DNA from: Candidatus Woesearchaeota archaeon
GTDB lineage: Archaea > Nanobdellota > Nanobdellia > Pacearchaeales > GW2011-AR1
Direction: 5' to 3'
Length of the DNA stretch: 53,758 nucleotides
Assembly (NCBI GenBank): GCA_964482665.1
Contig: CAYZYW010000002.1
Location: 1-53,758 of the forward strand
A model generated the notes under the pieces. The model did no database searches. It worked only from the letters and a program-made list of their open reading frames with translations, and had not been told where the DNA came from. A program made the position numbers and the translations under genes. Below are positions 17,830 through 27,325 of the stretch, piece by piece (position 1 is the stretch's first letter; every line of letters starts with the position of its first letter).

Positions 17830-18300
17830 ATGGTTTTAATGATAAATGTAGGAATAGTTGAAGATGATATGAGTTGGATTAGATATGGTGACATTGGAAA
17901 AAATCATAATGTTTTTGCTTATTTTATAGAGGATACGGGTTCTTTTTTAGATAAAGGTTATTTGGATATATTTAAAGAAGGTACAGGTTGTGATGCTGAA
18001 GTTTTAATTAAATCTCAATTTGGAGATTCAAAAAATTTAGAAAAAGGAGTTAAACATTTTAAGGATATAATTGTGCCAGAGAGAGATATATGGTTTGTTG
18101 ATGGACTAAGAGGATCGTGGAAAGATGTGGTTAAGTGGCTGCCAAAAGAAAAAGTTTATGTTTGTTCAGATAGTTCAAAATATATGCATGAAGCAAGAGA
18201 AATGGGTTACAATACTATTGATGATTCGCAAATAGAGAAGGTAGCTGATAATTTTGGAAAACAATTGGGTCTTAGTTATACAATTCCAGGTAGCCGTTAA
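17830..18300 (+). CDS. hypothetical protein
   Basis: 156-aa ORF, no recognised motif. Confidence 0.5.
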   Translation: MVLMINVGIVEDDMSWIRYGDIGKNHNVFAYFIEDTGSFLDKGYLDIFKEGTGCDAEVLIKSQFGDSKNLEKGVKHFKDIIVPERDIWFVDGLRGSWKDVVKWLPKEKVYVCSDSSKYMHEAREMGYNTIDDSQIEKVADNFGKQLGLSYTIPGSR

Positions 18301-18823
18301 TAATTGCTCGTTTTATTTCAGGGTGTTTTTTTTCTAAATCGTTTATGAATTTTGAGATTTTTGTTGGTTTTATTTTTGGTGTTTTGAATTTTAATTTTTT
18401 TATTTTTGCATAAAGTAAAATTTCACAATCTAAAAAAATGTAAAATGGTTTGATTGTTTTTTTATAAATTGGTCCGAATGTTTCTAGTTTTTTAGCGTTT
18501 GAATTCATAAGTATTTTTAGTATCTCTTGAGCTTCATCATCAGTTGATGTTGTGATTGCTATTTTTGAATATTTCTTTTTTGTTGAAAATTTTAATAACT
18601 GAATTCTTGATTTTTCAGAGAACATTTGAAGAAGTTTTTCTAAAACAACATTTTTTAGTTTGGTGGATTTCTGGTATGTAATTATGTCATTTTGTTGTAT
18701 TAATTTGAATTTTCGTATTGTGTAAAGAAATTTTTTTTCAAACCAATTGATAAAACATCGTTTACAAAGTTGACGTTTATTTGTGAAAATATATACGGGG
18801 TTTGTTTGACATTGTTGACACAT
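18272..18823 (-). CDS. TtuA/NcsA-like N-terminal zinc-finger protein lacking a PP-loop
   Basis: MCQQCQ...LCKRCFINWFEKKFLYTIRKF resembles the TtuA/Ncs6 N-terminus, but there is no SGGxDS. The start is 1 nt after the upstream stop. Confidence 0.4.
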   Translation of the reverse strand: MCQQCQTNPVYIFTNKRQLCKRCFINWFEKKFLYTIRKFKLIQQNDIITYQKSTKLKNVVLEKLLQMFSEKSRIQLLKFSTKKKYSKIAITTSTDDEAQEILKILMNSNAKKLETFGPIYKKTIKPFYIFLDCEILLYAKIKKLKFKTPKIKPTKISKFINDLEKKHPEIKRAIINGYLELYN

Positions 18824-18824
18824 T

Positions 18825-19730
18825 TTATAATTTAAATTCCTCAAATTTTTTTCTATCTTCTAAGTTTCCTTTTGTGGAATAAGCTTTAATTATTTCATTA
18901 ACTTTTTTAAGCGTTTTTTCTTTTGGTTTGTTTAAAATTAAGGCACTTGGTCCTGCAAAGTCAGGTTGAATTAAAGTTCCTATTTTTTTATATTGTTCTA
19001 ATAATGTATTGTCTTTTTGATCTTTTCCTAATATTGTCCAACAATTATTAATCATAAAATGTCTTCCTGTGTTTATCAGATGTGTTTCGTCACCTGTTAA
19101 TCCTCTTTCGAAAAGTTTTTCAAATTTACATTGTAGTGCTTTTTCGCAAAGTAAACATCCTCCCGTGGGATAAGGGAATTCTATGTTGAATTTTTCAGCT
19201 AATGCTATTTGTTTTTTTCTTTGCCTTCCGTGAATATCATAATAATCGTTTTTATCTATACCTTCTACATTGGGTAAAAGTTTTGCAGATAATGGTCTAA
19301 GTAATTTTCCACTTAATCCAGAAGATTTTTCAATAATTTCCATTGAGCTTTTCATTTGAGACATTGGCCTTTCTCCTAAAACATCACCATTTACAATTAA
19401 GTTAATTTTTAATTTATCTGCATATTCTTTTGCTTTAGAGTGAATAAATATTTTACAATCACGACAGGGGTTTATTCCAGCGCCTCTTCCGTGCTTTCCT
19501 TCTTTTATTATTTGAATATATTCTTGTAAAAGTTTTCCCTTTGTGCAATTAAATATTTTTAAATTTATATTATGTTCTTTTGAAAATTCTATAACCTCAT
19601 TATAGTTTGAACATCCGAATGGTAATTTAAAATATACAGCTAAAACATCATAGCCTTTTTCTTCCATTATTTTTATAACAAGTCTTGAATCAAGTCCTCC
19701 GGAAAATAATATTAAACATTTTGGTTTCAT
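18825..19730 (-). CDS. PP-loop ATP pyrophosphatase, ThiI-like tRNA sulfurtransferase domain
   Basis: SGGLDS PP-loop, NPCRDCK, GDVLGERPMSQ and LRPL motifs as in the ThiI AANH domain. Confidence 0.6.
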   Translation of the reverse strand: MKPKCLILFSGGLDSRLVIKIMEEKGYDVLAVYFKLPFGCSNYNEVIEFSKEHNINLKIFNCTKGKLLQEYIQIIKEGKHGRGAGINPCRDCKIFIHSKAKEYADKLKINLIVNGDVLGERPMSQMKSSMEIIEKSSGLSGKLLRPLSAKLLPNVEGIDKNDYYDIHGRQRKKQIALAEKFNIEFPYPTGGCLLCEKALQCKFEKLFERGLTGDETHLINTGRHFMINNCWTILGKDQKDNTLLEQYKKIGTLIQPDFAGPSALILNKPKEKTLKKVNEIIKAYSTKGNLEDRKKFEEFKL

Positions 19731-19754
19731 GAGTTAAAAAGTGTGTGTGGGTTT

Positions 19755-20588
19755 TTAAGATTTTTGTGCCTTGTTTTTAGGTGAGGATTTTTTTATTTCT
19801 TGGTTTGGAATTTCTTTTGTTTTTTCTGTTTGAGATATTCCTCTAATTTTTTGGATTATTGAATTTATATAAAAACCTGCTTTGAAAAATTTTATAATTA
19901 TCCCTATTAAAATTAAAATTATTCCGAGAATTAACATTTTTGTGAAAACATTTGTTGAGCTTGATATGAAAACCGTAAAGAAAGATAATATTGAATCTTC
20001 TGAGAATTTTGAAAATAACCATTCTAGTTTTAGAAAAGGAAACGCTGAGATGATTGTTAAAATTCCTCCTACAATAAAAGCATTGCTTCGTGTTTCTGCT
20101 ATTAAAAGCATTGATAAAAATATTATAAAAGATACTGTTAGCATCCATTTAAATTTTCCATGCCAATAATCTTTTGCTTTTTGAGATACTAAATAAAAAG
20201 GTATGTCTGATTCTTCTTTGCAATCCCAGAAATCGCAATCATATTCTGCGTAATAAAACTTGTCAATATATTCAAATACTTGCTCTTGTATTATTGCTTC
20301 AGGGCCTTTTGCAATTGTTTCACATGAAATAGAGATATTTTGAGCAGCATTTTCGAAAGAGTAATCTGAGTTATTTTCGCAGATGATTTGCATTTGTTTA
20401 AATTCTGGACTATCGATTGTTAGGTTTATTTTTTCATGTAATAATTCTTTAACAACTTTTTCTAGTTCAGGTTTGATGTTGTTGTAGTCTAAAGAGTTGT
20501 CTATTGTTAATAATGTATTTGTTGCTAAAAGTGATACCAAAAGCAATACACATGTTATTACGAAAAGTATACCTCTTATAATTCCCAT
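19755..20588 (-). CDS. hypothetical membrane protein
   Basis: N-terminal TM segment, a Cys-containing extracellular part, and 3-4 C-terminal TM segments. Confidence 0.55.
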   Translation of the reverse strand: MGIIRGILFVITCVLLLVSLLATNTLLTIDNSLDYNNIKPELEKVVKELLHEKINLTIDSPEFKQMQIICENNSDYSFENAAQNISISCETIAKGPEAIIQEQVFEYIDKFYYAEYDCDFWDCKEESDIPFYLVSQKAKDYWHGKFKWMLTVSFIIFLSMLLIAETRSNAFIVGGILTIISAFPFLKLEWLFSKFSEDSILSFFTVFISSSTNVFTKMLILGIILILIGIIIKFFKAGFYINSIIQKIRGISQTEKTKEIPNQEIKKSSPKNKAQKS

Positions 20589-20643
20589 GATGAGTAGAAG
20601 AGAGTATCCTTTTTAAGATTGTTGGAGAATTTATTTGGAGTAA

Positions 20644-21528
20644 TCACATTCTTTCCAATGTAGAAATTCTTTTATCGATTGGCGGGTGTGTTGATCCTAT
20701 ACCTTTGAATGGATTTGCAAAAAATAAAGGAGCTATAGCTTTGTTTATTTTTTTCTCAGGTTGGACTGAGTCGTTTTTTATTTTCTTTAAAGCTTTAATT
20801 AATCCGTCAGGATATCGTGTGAATTTTACAGCTGAAGCGTCGGCAGTGAATTCACGTTTTCGTGAAATTGCTAATTGAATAAAGTGAACAGCTATTGGGG
20901 CCAATATTGCTAAAGCTATACCGATTAAAATGAAAACTATTTTCGCTTTGTCGTTATCACCTGAGCTTCTGAACCATAATGATCGTAAGAATATTTGAGA
21001 AATTATTGCAATCATTCCAACCATTACAGTTACGATTGTCATGTATCGCATGTCATAACTGGCGATGTGACCAAGCTCATGAGCCAATACAGCTTCGAGT
21101 TCGCGTTTGTCTAGTTTTTCTAAACATCCTGTTGTTACACATATAACAGCGTGTTGTGGATCTCTTCCAGATGCGAAAGCATTTATTTGAGATGATTTCA
21201 TAACGTAAAGTTTTGGCATCGGCATTCCTGAAGCAATTGTTAAACCTTCGATTAATTGATAAAATTGCTTGTGTTCATTTCGTGAAGCTTTTTTTGCGCC
21301 AACAGAAGCTACTGCTATTTTGTCGGAGTTGTGATAACTTATTAGAATATAACTTAATGAAAAAATTATTGAAATAATCATTATAATAAAAAAGAATCCA
21401 GGATCGAATGCAAATGAAATTACATATCCGAATATTACTAAAATTATAAAGATAAAAGACATAAGGAAAAATGATTTTCGTTTGTTTGATGAAATTTGAT
21501 CTCGGAAGTCAATGTGTTTATTTATCAT
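20644..21528 (-). CDS. htpX: M48-family zinc protease HtpX
   Basis: HELGHI motif and four TM segments in HtpX topology. Confidence 0.85.
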   Translation of the reverse strand: MINKHIDFRDQISSNKRKSFFLMSFIFIILVIFGYVISFAFDPGFFFIIMIISIIFSLSYILISYHNSDKIAVASVGAKKASRNEHKQFYQLIEGLTIASGMPMPKLYVMKSSQINAFASGRDPQHAVICVTTGCLEKLDKRELEAVLAHELGHIASYDMRYMTIVTVMVGMIAIISQIFLRSLWFRSSGDNDKAKIVFILIGIALAILAPIAVHFIQLAISRKREFTADASAVKFTRYPDGLIKALKKIKNDSVQPEKKINKAIAPLFFANPFKGIGSTHPPIDKRISTLERM

Positions 21529-21582
21529 GAGAAAATTAAGAAGAAGTTATTTTTAAGTTATTCTGTTAATTCGTTTTTAGCT

Positions 21583-21948
21583 TTAGAATATTTGATGTCT
21601 TTTGTATTTTAATTTTAATCGTTTTAATATTCCCAATGGAGATGTTCTAGTTATTCTAAAATCTCCTTTTCCGTGAGCCCAATAATAGGTAAATCTACCT
21701 TCACCGCCTGTTAATTCTTGTATAAGGTAATTTAGTGTTTTGGAATGTGATAAGTCTAATTCTATAATATCATACTTTGGAATATCCATTAGGTATTCGG
21801 TTTCTGCTGGAAAATAAATTATTTCAAATTTATTTATAGGAAATTTATGATTTTTCCAAAAAGCTAAACCATCCTTTCCGTCTGCATTTTTAATTTTTTC
21901 TTCAAGTATTTTGACTAGCTCCGATAGGTCGTTTTGGGTTTTTATCAT
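21583..21948 (-). CDS. hypothetical protein (121 aa)
   Basis: Start moved to the internal ATG (MIKTQNDL), because the longer ORF overlaps lemA. Confidence 0.45.
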   Translation of the reverse strand: MIKTQNDLSELVKILEEKIKNADGKDGLAFWKNHKFPINKFEIIYFPAETEYLMDIPKYDIIELDLSHSKTLNYLIQELTGGEGRFTYYWAHGKGDFRITRTSPLGILKRLKLKYKRHQIF

Positions 21949-22000
21949 ATAATTTGAATATAGAATTAGTTTATAAAAATTATTGTGATAGAAAGATAGA

Positions 22001-22552
22001 TTAAAATTCAACATTAACAACTTTTTTTTCAGCTTCTGTAATTTGTAAATATTTACGCGCTTTTCGTCCGTACATTTTTGCAAATATATTTCCAGGCATT
22101 GTTGTGCATAAAGTATTATAAGTTAAAATTGAATCGTTATAAAATTGTCTTGAGTATGCAACTTTGTCTTCTGTTGATGATAATTCTCTTTGTAATTCTA
22201 AAAAGTTTTGATTCGCTTTTAGATCAGGGTAACCTTCAGCTATTGCAAAAATTGATTTTAATGCTGATTGTAATTGATTATCTGCTTTTACCTTGTCCTC
22301 TACACCTTTTGCCGACATTAAAGCTTTTCTTGCTTCGGTTACAGCGTTGATTGCTTTTGTTTCATGTTTCGCAAAACCTTTAACTGTTTTAATTAAATTA
22401 GGAATTAGGTCAGCTCGTCTTTTTAATTGAACATGAATTTGAGATAATGAATTATCGATTCGATTCGATAAGATAGCGAACCTATTAAAATATACGAAAA
22501 ATATAGTTGCCAATAAAATAATTGCTGCGATTAAAATCCATAGCCATAACAT
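22001..22552 (-). CDS. lemA: LemA family protein
   Basis: N-terminal TM segment and LemA signature (QLKRRADLIPNL...AEGYPDLKAN...). Confidence 0.85.
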   Translation of the reverse strand: MLWLWILIAAIILLATIFFVYFNRFAILSNRIDNSLSQIHVQLKRRADLIPNLIKTVKGFAKHETKAINAVTEARKALMSAKGVEDKVKADNQLQSALKSIFAIAEGYPDLKANQNFLELQRELSSTEDKVAYSRQFYNDSILTYNTLCTTMPGNIFAKMYGRKARKYLQITEAEKKVVNVEF

Positions 22553-22602
22553 AGAGTATTTAGATTAATTAGTTTTATAAACCTTTCTTGTTTTTAATGT
22601 TA

Positions 22603-22779
22603 ATGGTAATTAAAGTTGATAAAAATACATGTATTGGATGTGGGCTTTGCGAGTCTATTTGCGAGGATGTTTTTGAAGTTGATAATGATGGGAAAGCACA
22701 AGTGAAAAAACAAAGTGATGATCCATGTGTTAATGAAGCAGTTGAGCAATGTCCAGTTGAAGCAATAAGCAAAAGTTAA
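22603..22779 (+). CDS. fdx: small ferredoxin (single Fe-S cluster type)
   Basis: CIGCGLCESIC ... CPVEAI. The start at ATG 22603 (or 22597) is preferred over the TTG at 22588. Confidence 0.8.
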   Translation: MVIKVDKNTCIGCGLCESICEDVFEVDNDGKAQVKKQSDDPCVNEAVEQCPVEAISKS

Positions 22780-22968
22780 GAAACCACTGGTTTCTTAATA
22801 ACTTCCTCATGTTCATGTTGGGCAGCATCTTTTTGTTGATAATCTTATAGAAAAAATAAATTTTTTCTATGTTTCTGTTGTCCAGGTGATGCCACATAGG
22901 CCCGTCGAGTGGTCCTTTTTCGTGTGCTGAATAAGTTAGGTTTATGGGTGTTGGGTAAGAAATGATTT
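22776..22968 (+). repeat. GC-rich hairpin element, copy 1 (carries an extra 10-bp hairpin insertion)
   Basis: Aligns to the copies at 43416 and 45115. It starts at the TTAA that contains the fdx stop codon. Confidence 0.75.
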
Positions 22969-23044
22969 GTGGATTGATTGAAGATAAATAGAAAATGTTT
23001 CTACAATTCAAAACATTTATTAAGTTTTTTTTGTAAGATTGTTT

Positions 23045-24439
23045 ATGAGAGGTAAAAGGGGGTTGTCGGCGATTATAATAACGTTATTAATGATAGCTTT
23101 TGTTCTTGTTGCAATAGGGATTGTATGGGCGGTGATTTCAAATATTTTGGATAAAAGCAAGGAAGATATTGAGGCTGGATTGAGTGATGTTAAATTAAAA
23201 ATTATTGAAGAACAGGTTTACATTCATATGCCTTCTAAAAATTTTGTTGAGATGAGAATTAAAAGAGAGATTGGAAAAGGAAATTTAACAAAGATAAAAT
23301 TTATTTTTACAGATGGGAAAAGTTCAAAAACTTTTGAAAGAGATGTTAGCATGGATGAATTGGGACATGAGGTTTTTGAGTTTGGTGATTTGGGCGGTTT
23401 TGATTTTAATGAAATTTCAATTGCTCCAATAATTCAGTTAAAGTCGGGAAAAGAATCTTTAAGAAATGTTGTAGATAGGTATATTGTTTCAGGTGGTGAA
23501 GGTGATTTTGTTCCAAGTAATGATTGTCAAAGTAATAATGATTGTAATGATGGAAAAATTTGTAATGATGGAACATGTATTTCTGAAAGTATTGATTGTC
23601 AAAATAATGATGATTGTGCTTCTGGCTATGAGTGTGTAGAGGGTAATTGTATTGAAATAACTGATGACTGTGAAGGATCGTGTGGCATTGAACAAACATG
23701 TGAAGATGGAGTATGTAAAAACAATTTAGGAGGAACGTGCTTAATTGATACAGATTGTTTAAGTGGGTTTACTTGTGTAGATGGGGTTTGTGGAATAAGA
23801 TCTGTATTAATAATTCCAAATGAGATTGCATCGTGGAGTTTTGAAAATAATGCAAATGACAATAGGGGTAATTATGATGGTACATTGGGGGATGGGGCAG
23901 ATAAGACAATGCCAGTATATACAGAAAATGGAAAAATTGGAGGAGCATATGAATTTGATGGTAGCTATGATTTTATTGAAACGCCGCAAGTTTATCCGTA
24001 TACGCAAGCGTATGATAGTTCAACATTTATGTGGATAAAGACAGGTGGGGTTGAAGATGTAGGCATGTTAATAACACAAGCGTCTGGTAGTAGTTATATA
24101 AGAATGGGTTTTTTCCTCCTTGAAAATGGAAATTTAATGTATAAAAGATGGGGTTATTATTGGGCTTGTGTGAGCTATGAAAGAAGTGTTAATGATAATG
24201 AGTGGCATTATGTTGGTTTTACTAAAAATAAAAATACGGCAGTTATAGCAATTTATATTGATGGAGTTATGGCTAATTCTTGTAAAGGAGATAGATGGGA
24301 ATATCAAGATACAACAACAATAATAGGAAATTATAGAGAGAGTGATGATGCATTTAATGGAATAATTGATGAGGTGTATATTTGGGATAAAACTTTGAGT
24401 GCTGAACAAATTTTGCAGAATTACAATGATCAGAAATAA
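23045..24439 (+). CDS. pilin-like (class III signal peptide) protein with Cys-rich repeats and a C-terminal LamG/ConA-like domain
   Basis: MRGKRGLSAIIITLLMIAFVLVAIG N-terminus, four DC..G..C..G.C repeats, and a LamG-like tail (FNGIIDEVYIWDKTLSAEQI). Confidence 0.65.
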   Translation: MRGKRGLSAIIITLLMIAFVLVAIGIVWAVISNILDKSKEDIEAGLSDVKLKIIEEQVYIHMPSKNFVEMRIKREIGKGNLTKIKFIFTDGKSSKTFERDVSMDELGHEVFEFGDLGGFDFNEISIAPIIQLKSGKESLRNVVDRYIVSGGEGDFVPSNDCQSNNDCNDGKICNDGTCISESIDCQNNDDCASGYECVEGNCIEITDDCEGSCGIEQTCEDGVCKNNLGGTCLIDTDCLSGFTCVDGVCGIRSVLIIPNEIASWSFENNANDNRGNYDGTLGDGADKTMPVYTENGKIGGAYEFDGSYDFIETPQVYPYTQAYDSSTFMWIKTGGVEDVGMLITQASGSSYIRMGFFLLENGNLMYKRWGYYWACVSYERSVNDNEWHYVGFTKNKNTAVIAIYIDGVMANSCKGDRWEYQDTTTIIGNYRESDDAFNGIIDEVYIWDKTLSAEQILQNYNDQK

Positions 24440-24487
24440 TAATTTTTAAACCAAAATGTTTATTAAGTTTTTTTAATTGTGTTTTTT

Positions 24488-27289
24488 ATGGAAAAGAGTG
24501 TTGATTTTGTAAAGTGGTTTTCAGAGTTAAATAAAGATTCAAAGAGTGTTGCTGGTGGTAAGGGTGCTAATCTTGCCGAGGTTTTTAATTTAGGTATTTC
24601 TGTTCCTGCAGGTTTTGTTGTTACAGCACAAGCGTACGATTATTTTATTGAAGAAGAAAAGTTGAAAGATAAGATTGAAGAGCTTTTGGCACGTATTGAT
24701 TATGAAGACACAAAACAACTTGACGAGATGACAAAGCAAATTCGAGTTTTTATAATGGATTCTAAATTTCCAAAAGAAATGGAAGATGAAATTCTTGAGG
24801 CGTATAGTCATTTGGATGTTGGAACGTTAGATCAGAAAACACGATCAGCTTTGTCTATTTTAAAAAATTCAAGTGAGCCGGTTTTTGTTGCTGTGAGAAG
24901 TAGTGCTACAGCTGAAGATTTGGCAGATGCAAGTTTTGCAGGTCAGCAAGATTCGTTTGTGAATGTTAAAGGGAATATTCAATTGTTAGAACATGTTAAG
25001 AAATGTTTTGCGTCATTGTTTACATCAAGGGCGACATATTATAGAAACAAAAAAGGTTTTGAGCATAGCAAGGTGAGTATAGCTGTTGTTGTCCAAAAGA
25101 TGGTTGATTCAGATAAGTCAGGTGTTATTTTTTCAAAAGATCCTTCGTATAAAAACGATGATGTAATTATGGAGGCAGTTTGGGGATTGGGTGAAGGAAT
25201 TGTTTCGGGGAAAATTACACCAGATAAATATATTATTTCAAGTGAAGGTGAGATTCTAGAAAAAAAGATTTCAGAAAAAAAATTAGCAATAACGAGGAAT
25301 GCTGGAGGAGGTAAAGAAGTTGTTAAGTTAAATAAGGATAGAGCTAATCAGCAAGTTTTAAAAAATTATGAAATTGAAAAGTTGGCGGAAATAGCTTTGA
25401 AGCTTGAGGATCATTATCAGAAGCCACAAGATATTGAATTTGCAATTGAAGGTGAAGAAATTTTTATTGTTCAAACTAGACCAATTACAACAATGGAAAG
25501 TCGTGTTGATATGAGTGATGTTAAAATAATTAAAGGTGATGCTATATTGAGTGGTCTTGCTGCATCTCCAGGGATTGGTGTTGGTAAAGTTAGGATTGTT
25601 GAAGAGATGTATGATTTACAAAAGATTCGAAAGGGAGATGTATTGGTTACAGAAATGACTAATCCAGATATGGTTGTTACGATGCAAAAATGTGCAGCGA
25701 TAGTTACAGATGAAGGTGGTTTGACGGCGCATGCAGCGATTGTGTCGAGAGAAATGGGAATTCCGGCTATAGTTGGTACGGGAAGTGCAACAACGGATTT
25801 GAAAGATGGTGAAATTATTACAGTTGATGGATTTTCTGGAAATGTGTATAGGGGTAAGACAGCAGAAGGGACGAAACAAGAAGTTAATCCTGTGAAGATT
25901 AAAACTAAAACAAATTTAAAAGTTATTGTAGATTTGCCGAGTTTTGCTGAGCGTGCTGCTAAAACAAAGTTGAATAAAGTTGGGTTAACACGAATGGAGG
26001 GAATTATTGCAGAGTCAGGAAAACATCCTAATTATTTTTTGAAGCAAAATAAATTAGAAGAGTATGAAGAAGTTATTTTTAAAGGTGTTAAAAAGATTTC
26101 AAATTATTTTGATGAAATTTGGGTTAGGACATCAGATATTCGTAGTGATGAATATGAGAATCTAGAGGGTGCTCCATCTGAGAAAGAAGCTAATCCGATG
26201 TTAGGAATGCATGGGATTCGTTATGGTTTGAAAAATCTTGGAATATTAAAATCTGAATTAAAAGCGTTGAAAAGAGTTTCAAGTGACATTAAGCGTATCG
26301 GTATTTTAATGCCGCAAGTTATTAGCGTTGATGAATTAAAAGGTGTGAAGAAAATTTTGAAGGAAATTGAGTTTGAAGATGTTAAGGTTGGGATAATGAT
26401 AGAGACGCCTGCTGCTGTTCAGTTGATTCGTGATTTTTGTGAAGAGGGAATTGATTTTATTTCTTTTGGAACGAATGATTTGACACAATATATGTTAGCG
26501 ATTGATAGGGGAAATAGCGATGTTCAACATCTTTATGATGAAATGCACCCTTCGATCTTGTATCAGCTGTCGTATGTTATCAGAGTTTGTAAGAGATATA
26601 ATGTTGAAACAAGTATATGTGGACAGGCTGGAAGTAAGCCAGAGATGGTTAAATTTTTAGTTGAAAAGGGAATAGATAGCATTACGGCTAATGCAGATGC
26701 GGCTGAGAAAGTTTCGGAAGTTATTGCGGACGCAGAATATTCAAAAATTGAAGGAACAGATAAGGAGCCAAGGCAATATCAGCCTAGCAGTTTAGGGGAA
26801 AATGTTGTTGATATAATTGAGGAGAATATAGAAAAAGGGGAGGAAATTATTGAGGAAGTTGTGCATAAGATTGAAGATACATTAAGGGGAGAGGTTTTTG
26901 AAAAAGAAGGTAATGGAGAAGATGTAATTGAAGAAAATAGTTCAAGTGAAAGTGTTTTGGAAAAGATTGAAACAAAAGTTAATAATGAAATTGAAGAAAA
27001 GCATTTTGCACCTGAGGGCGTACCTCGAGATATTTCTAAAGAAGTGTCTACAGGTGACAATAATTTAGATGAGGAAAATGAAGAAGAAGTAATTGAAGAT
27101 ATTAAGGAAGAGGATAAGGAAGATGTAATTGAAGAGATTGAGGAAGATAATAAAGAGGATGATGTTATTGAAGTTGAGAAAAAACCCGAAGATAATTTGA
27201 ATAATGATGATGGTTTGCCGAGTATTGGTGGAGCGGTTGAGGTTGAAGAAAATAAAGAATTTTCAGATGAAGAACTTGGAATTTATTAA
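24488..27289 (+). CDS. ppsA: phosphoenolpyruvate synthase (pyruvate, water dikinase) with a long acidic C-terminal extension
   Basis: GGKGANLAE, the phospho-His motif GGLTAHAAIVSREMGIPA, and GTNDLTQY. The last roughly 180 aa are E/D-rich low complexity. Confidence 0.85.
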   Translation: MEKSVDFVKWFSELNKDSKSVAGGKGANLAEVFNLGISVPAGFVVTAQAYDYFIEEEKLKDKIEELLARIDYEDTKQLDEMTKQIRVFIMDSKFPKEMEDEILEAYSHLDVGTLDQKTRSALSILKNSSEPVFVAVRSSATAEDLADASFAGQQDSFVNVKGNIQLLEHVKKCFASLFTSRATYYRNKKGFEHSKVSIAVVVQKMVDSDKSGVIFSKDPSYKNDDVIMEAVWGLGEGIVSGKITPDKYIISSEGEILEKKISEKKLAITRNAGGGKEVVKLNKDRANQQVLKNYEIEKLAEIALKLEDHYQKPQDIEFAIEGEEIFIVQTRPITTMESRVDMSDVKIIKGDAILSGLAASPGIGVGKVRIVEEMYDLQKIRKGDVLVTEMTNPDMVVTMQKCAAIVTDEGGLTAHAAIVSREMGIPAIVGTGSATTDLKDGEIITVDGFSGNVYRGKTAEGTKQEVNPVKIKTKTNLKVIVDLPSFAERAAKTKLNKVGLTRMEGIIAESGKHPNYFLKQNKLEEYEEVIFKGVKKISNYFDEIWVRTSDIRSDEYENLEGAPSEKEANPMLGMHGIRYGLKNLGILKSELKALKRVSSDIKRIGILMPQVISVDELKGVKKILKEIEFEDVKVGIMIETPAAVQLIRDFCEEGIDFISFGTNDLTQYMLAIDRGNSDVQHLYDEMHPSILYQLSYVIRVCKRYNVETSICGQAGSKPEMVKFLVEKGIDSITANADAAEKVSEVIADAEYSKIEGTDKEPRQYQPSSLGENVVDIIEENIEKGEEIIEEVVHKIEDTLRGEVFEKEGNGEDVIEENSSSESVLEKIETKVNNEIEEKHFAPEGVPRDISKEVSTGDNNLDEENEEEVIEDIKEEDKEDVIEEIEEDNKEDDVIEVEKKPEDNLNNDDGLPSIGGAVEVEENKEFSDEELGIY

Positions 27290-27325
27290 GTTAATTTTTT
27301 AAACTAATTTTATTTTTATATTATT

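Noticed and set aside
21949-22083. N-terminal 45-residue extension of ORF 21583..22083
   Set aside because: It overlaps the 3' end of lemA and is a low-complexity translation. The internal ATG at 21948 was chosen instead.
22730-23011. Minus-strand ORFs 22730..23011 and 43289..43486 sharing the peptide MLPNMN(M/V)RKLL
   Set aside because: The shared peptide is produced by the repeated GC-rich element. The frame is broken in copy 3 (it stops after 10 codons), and the flanks are unrelated.
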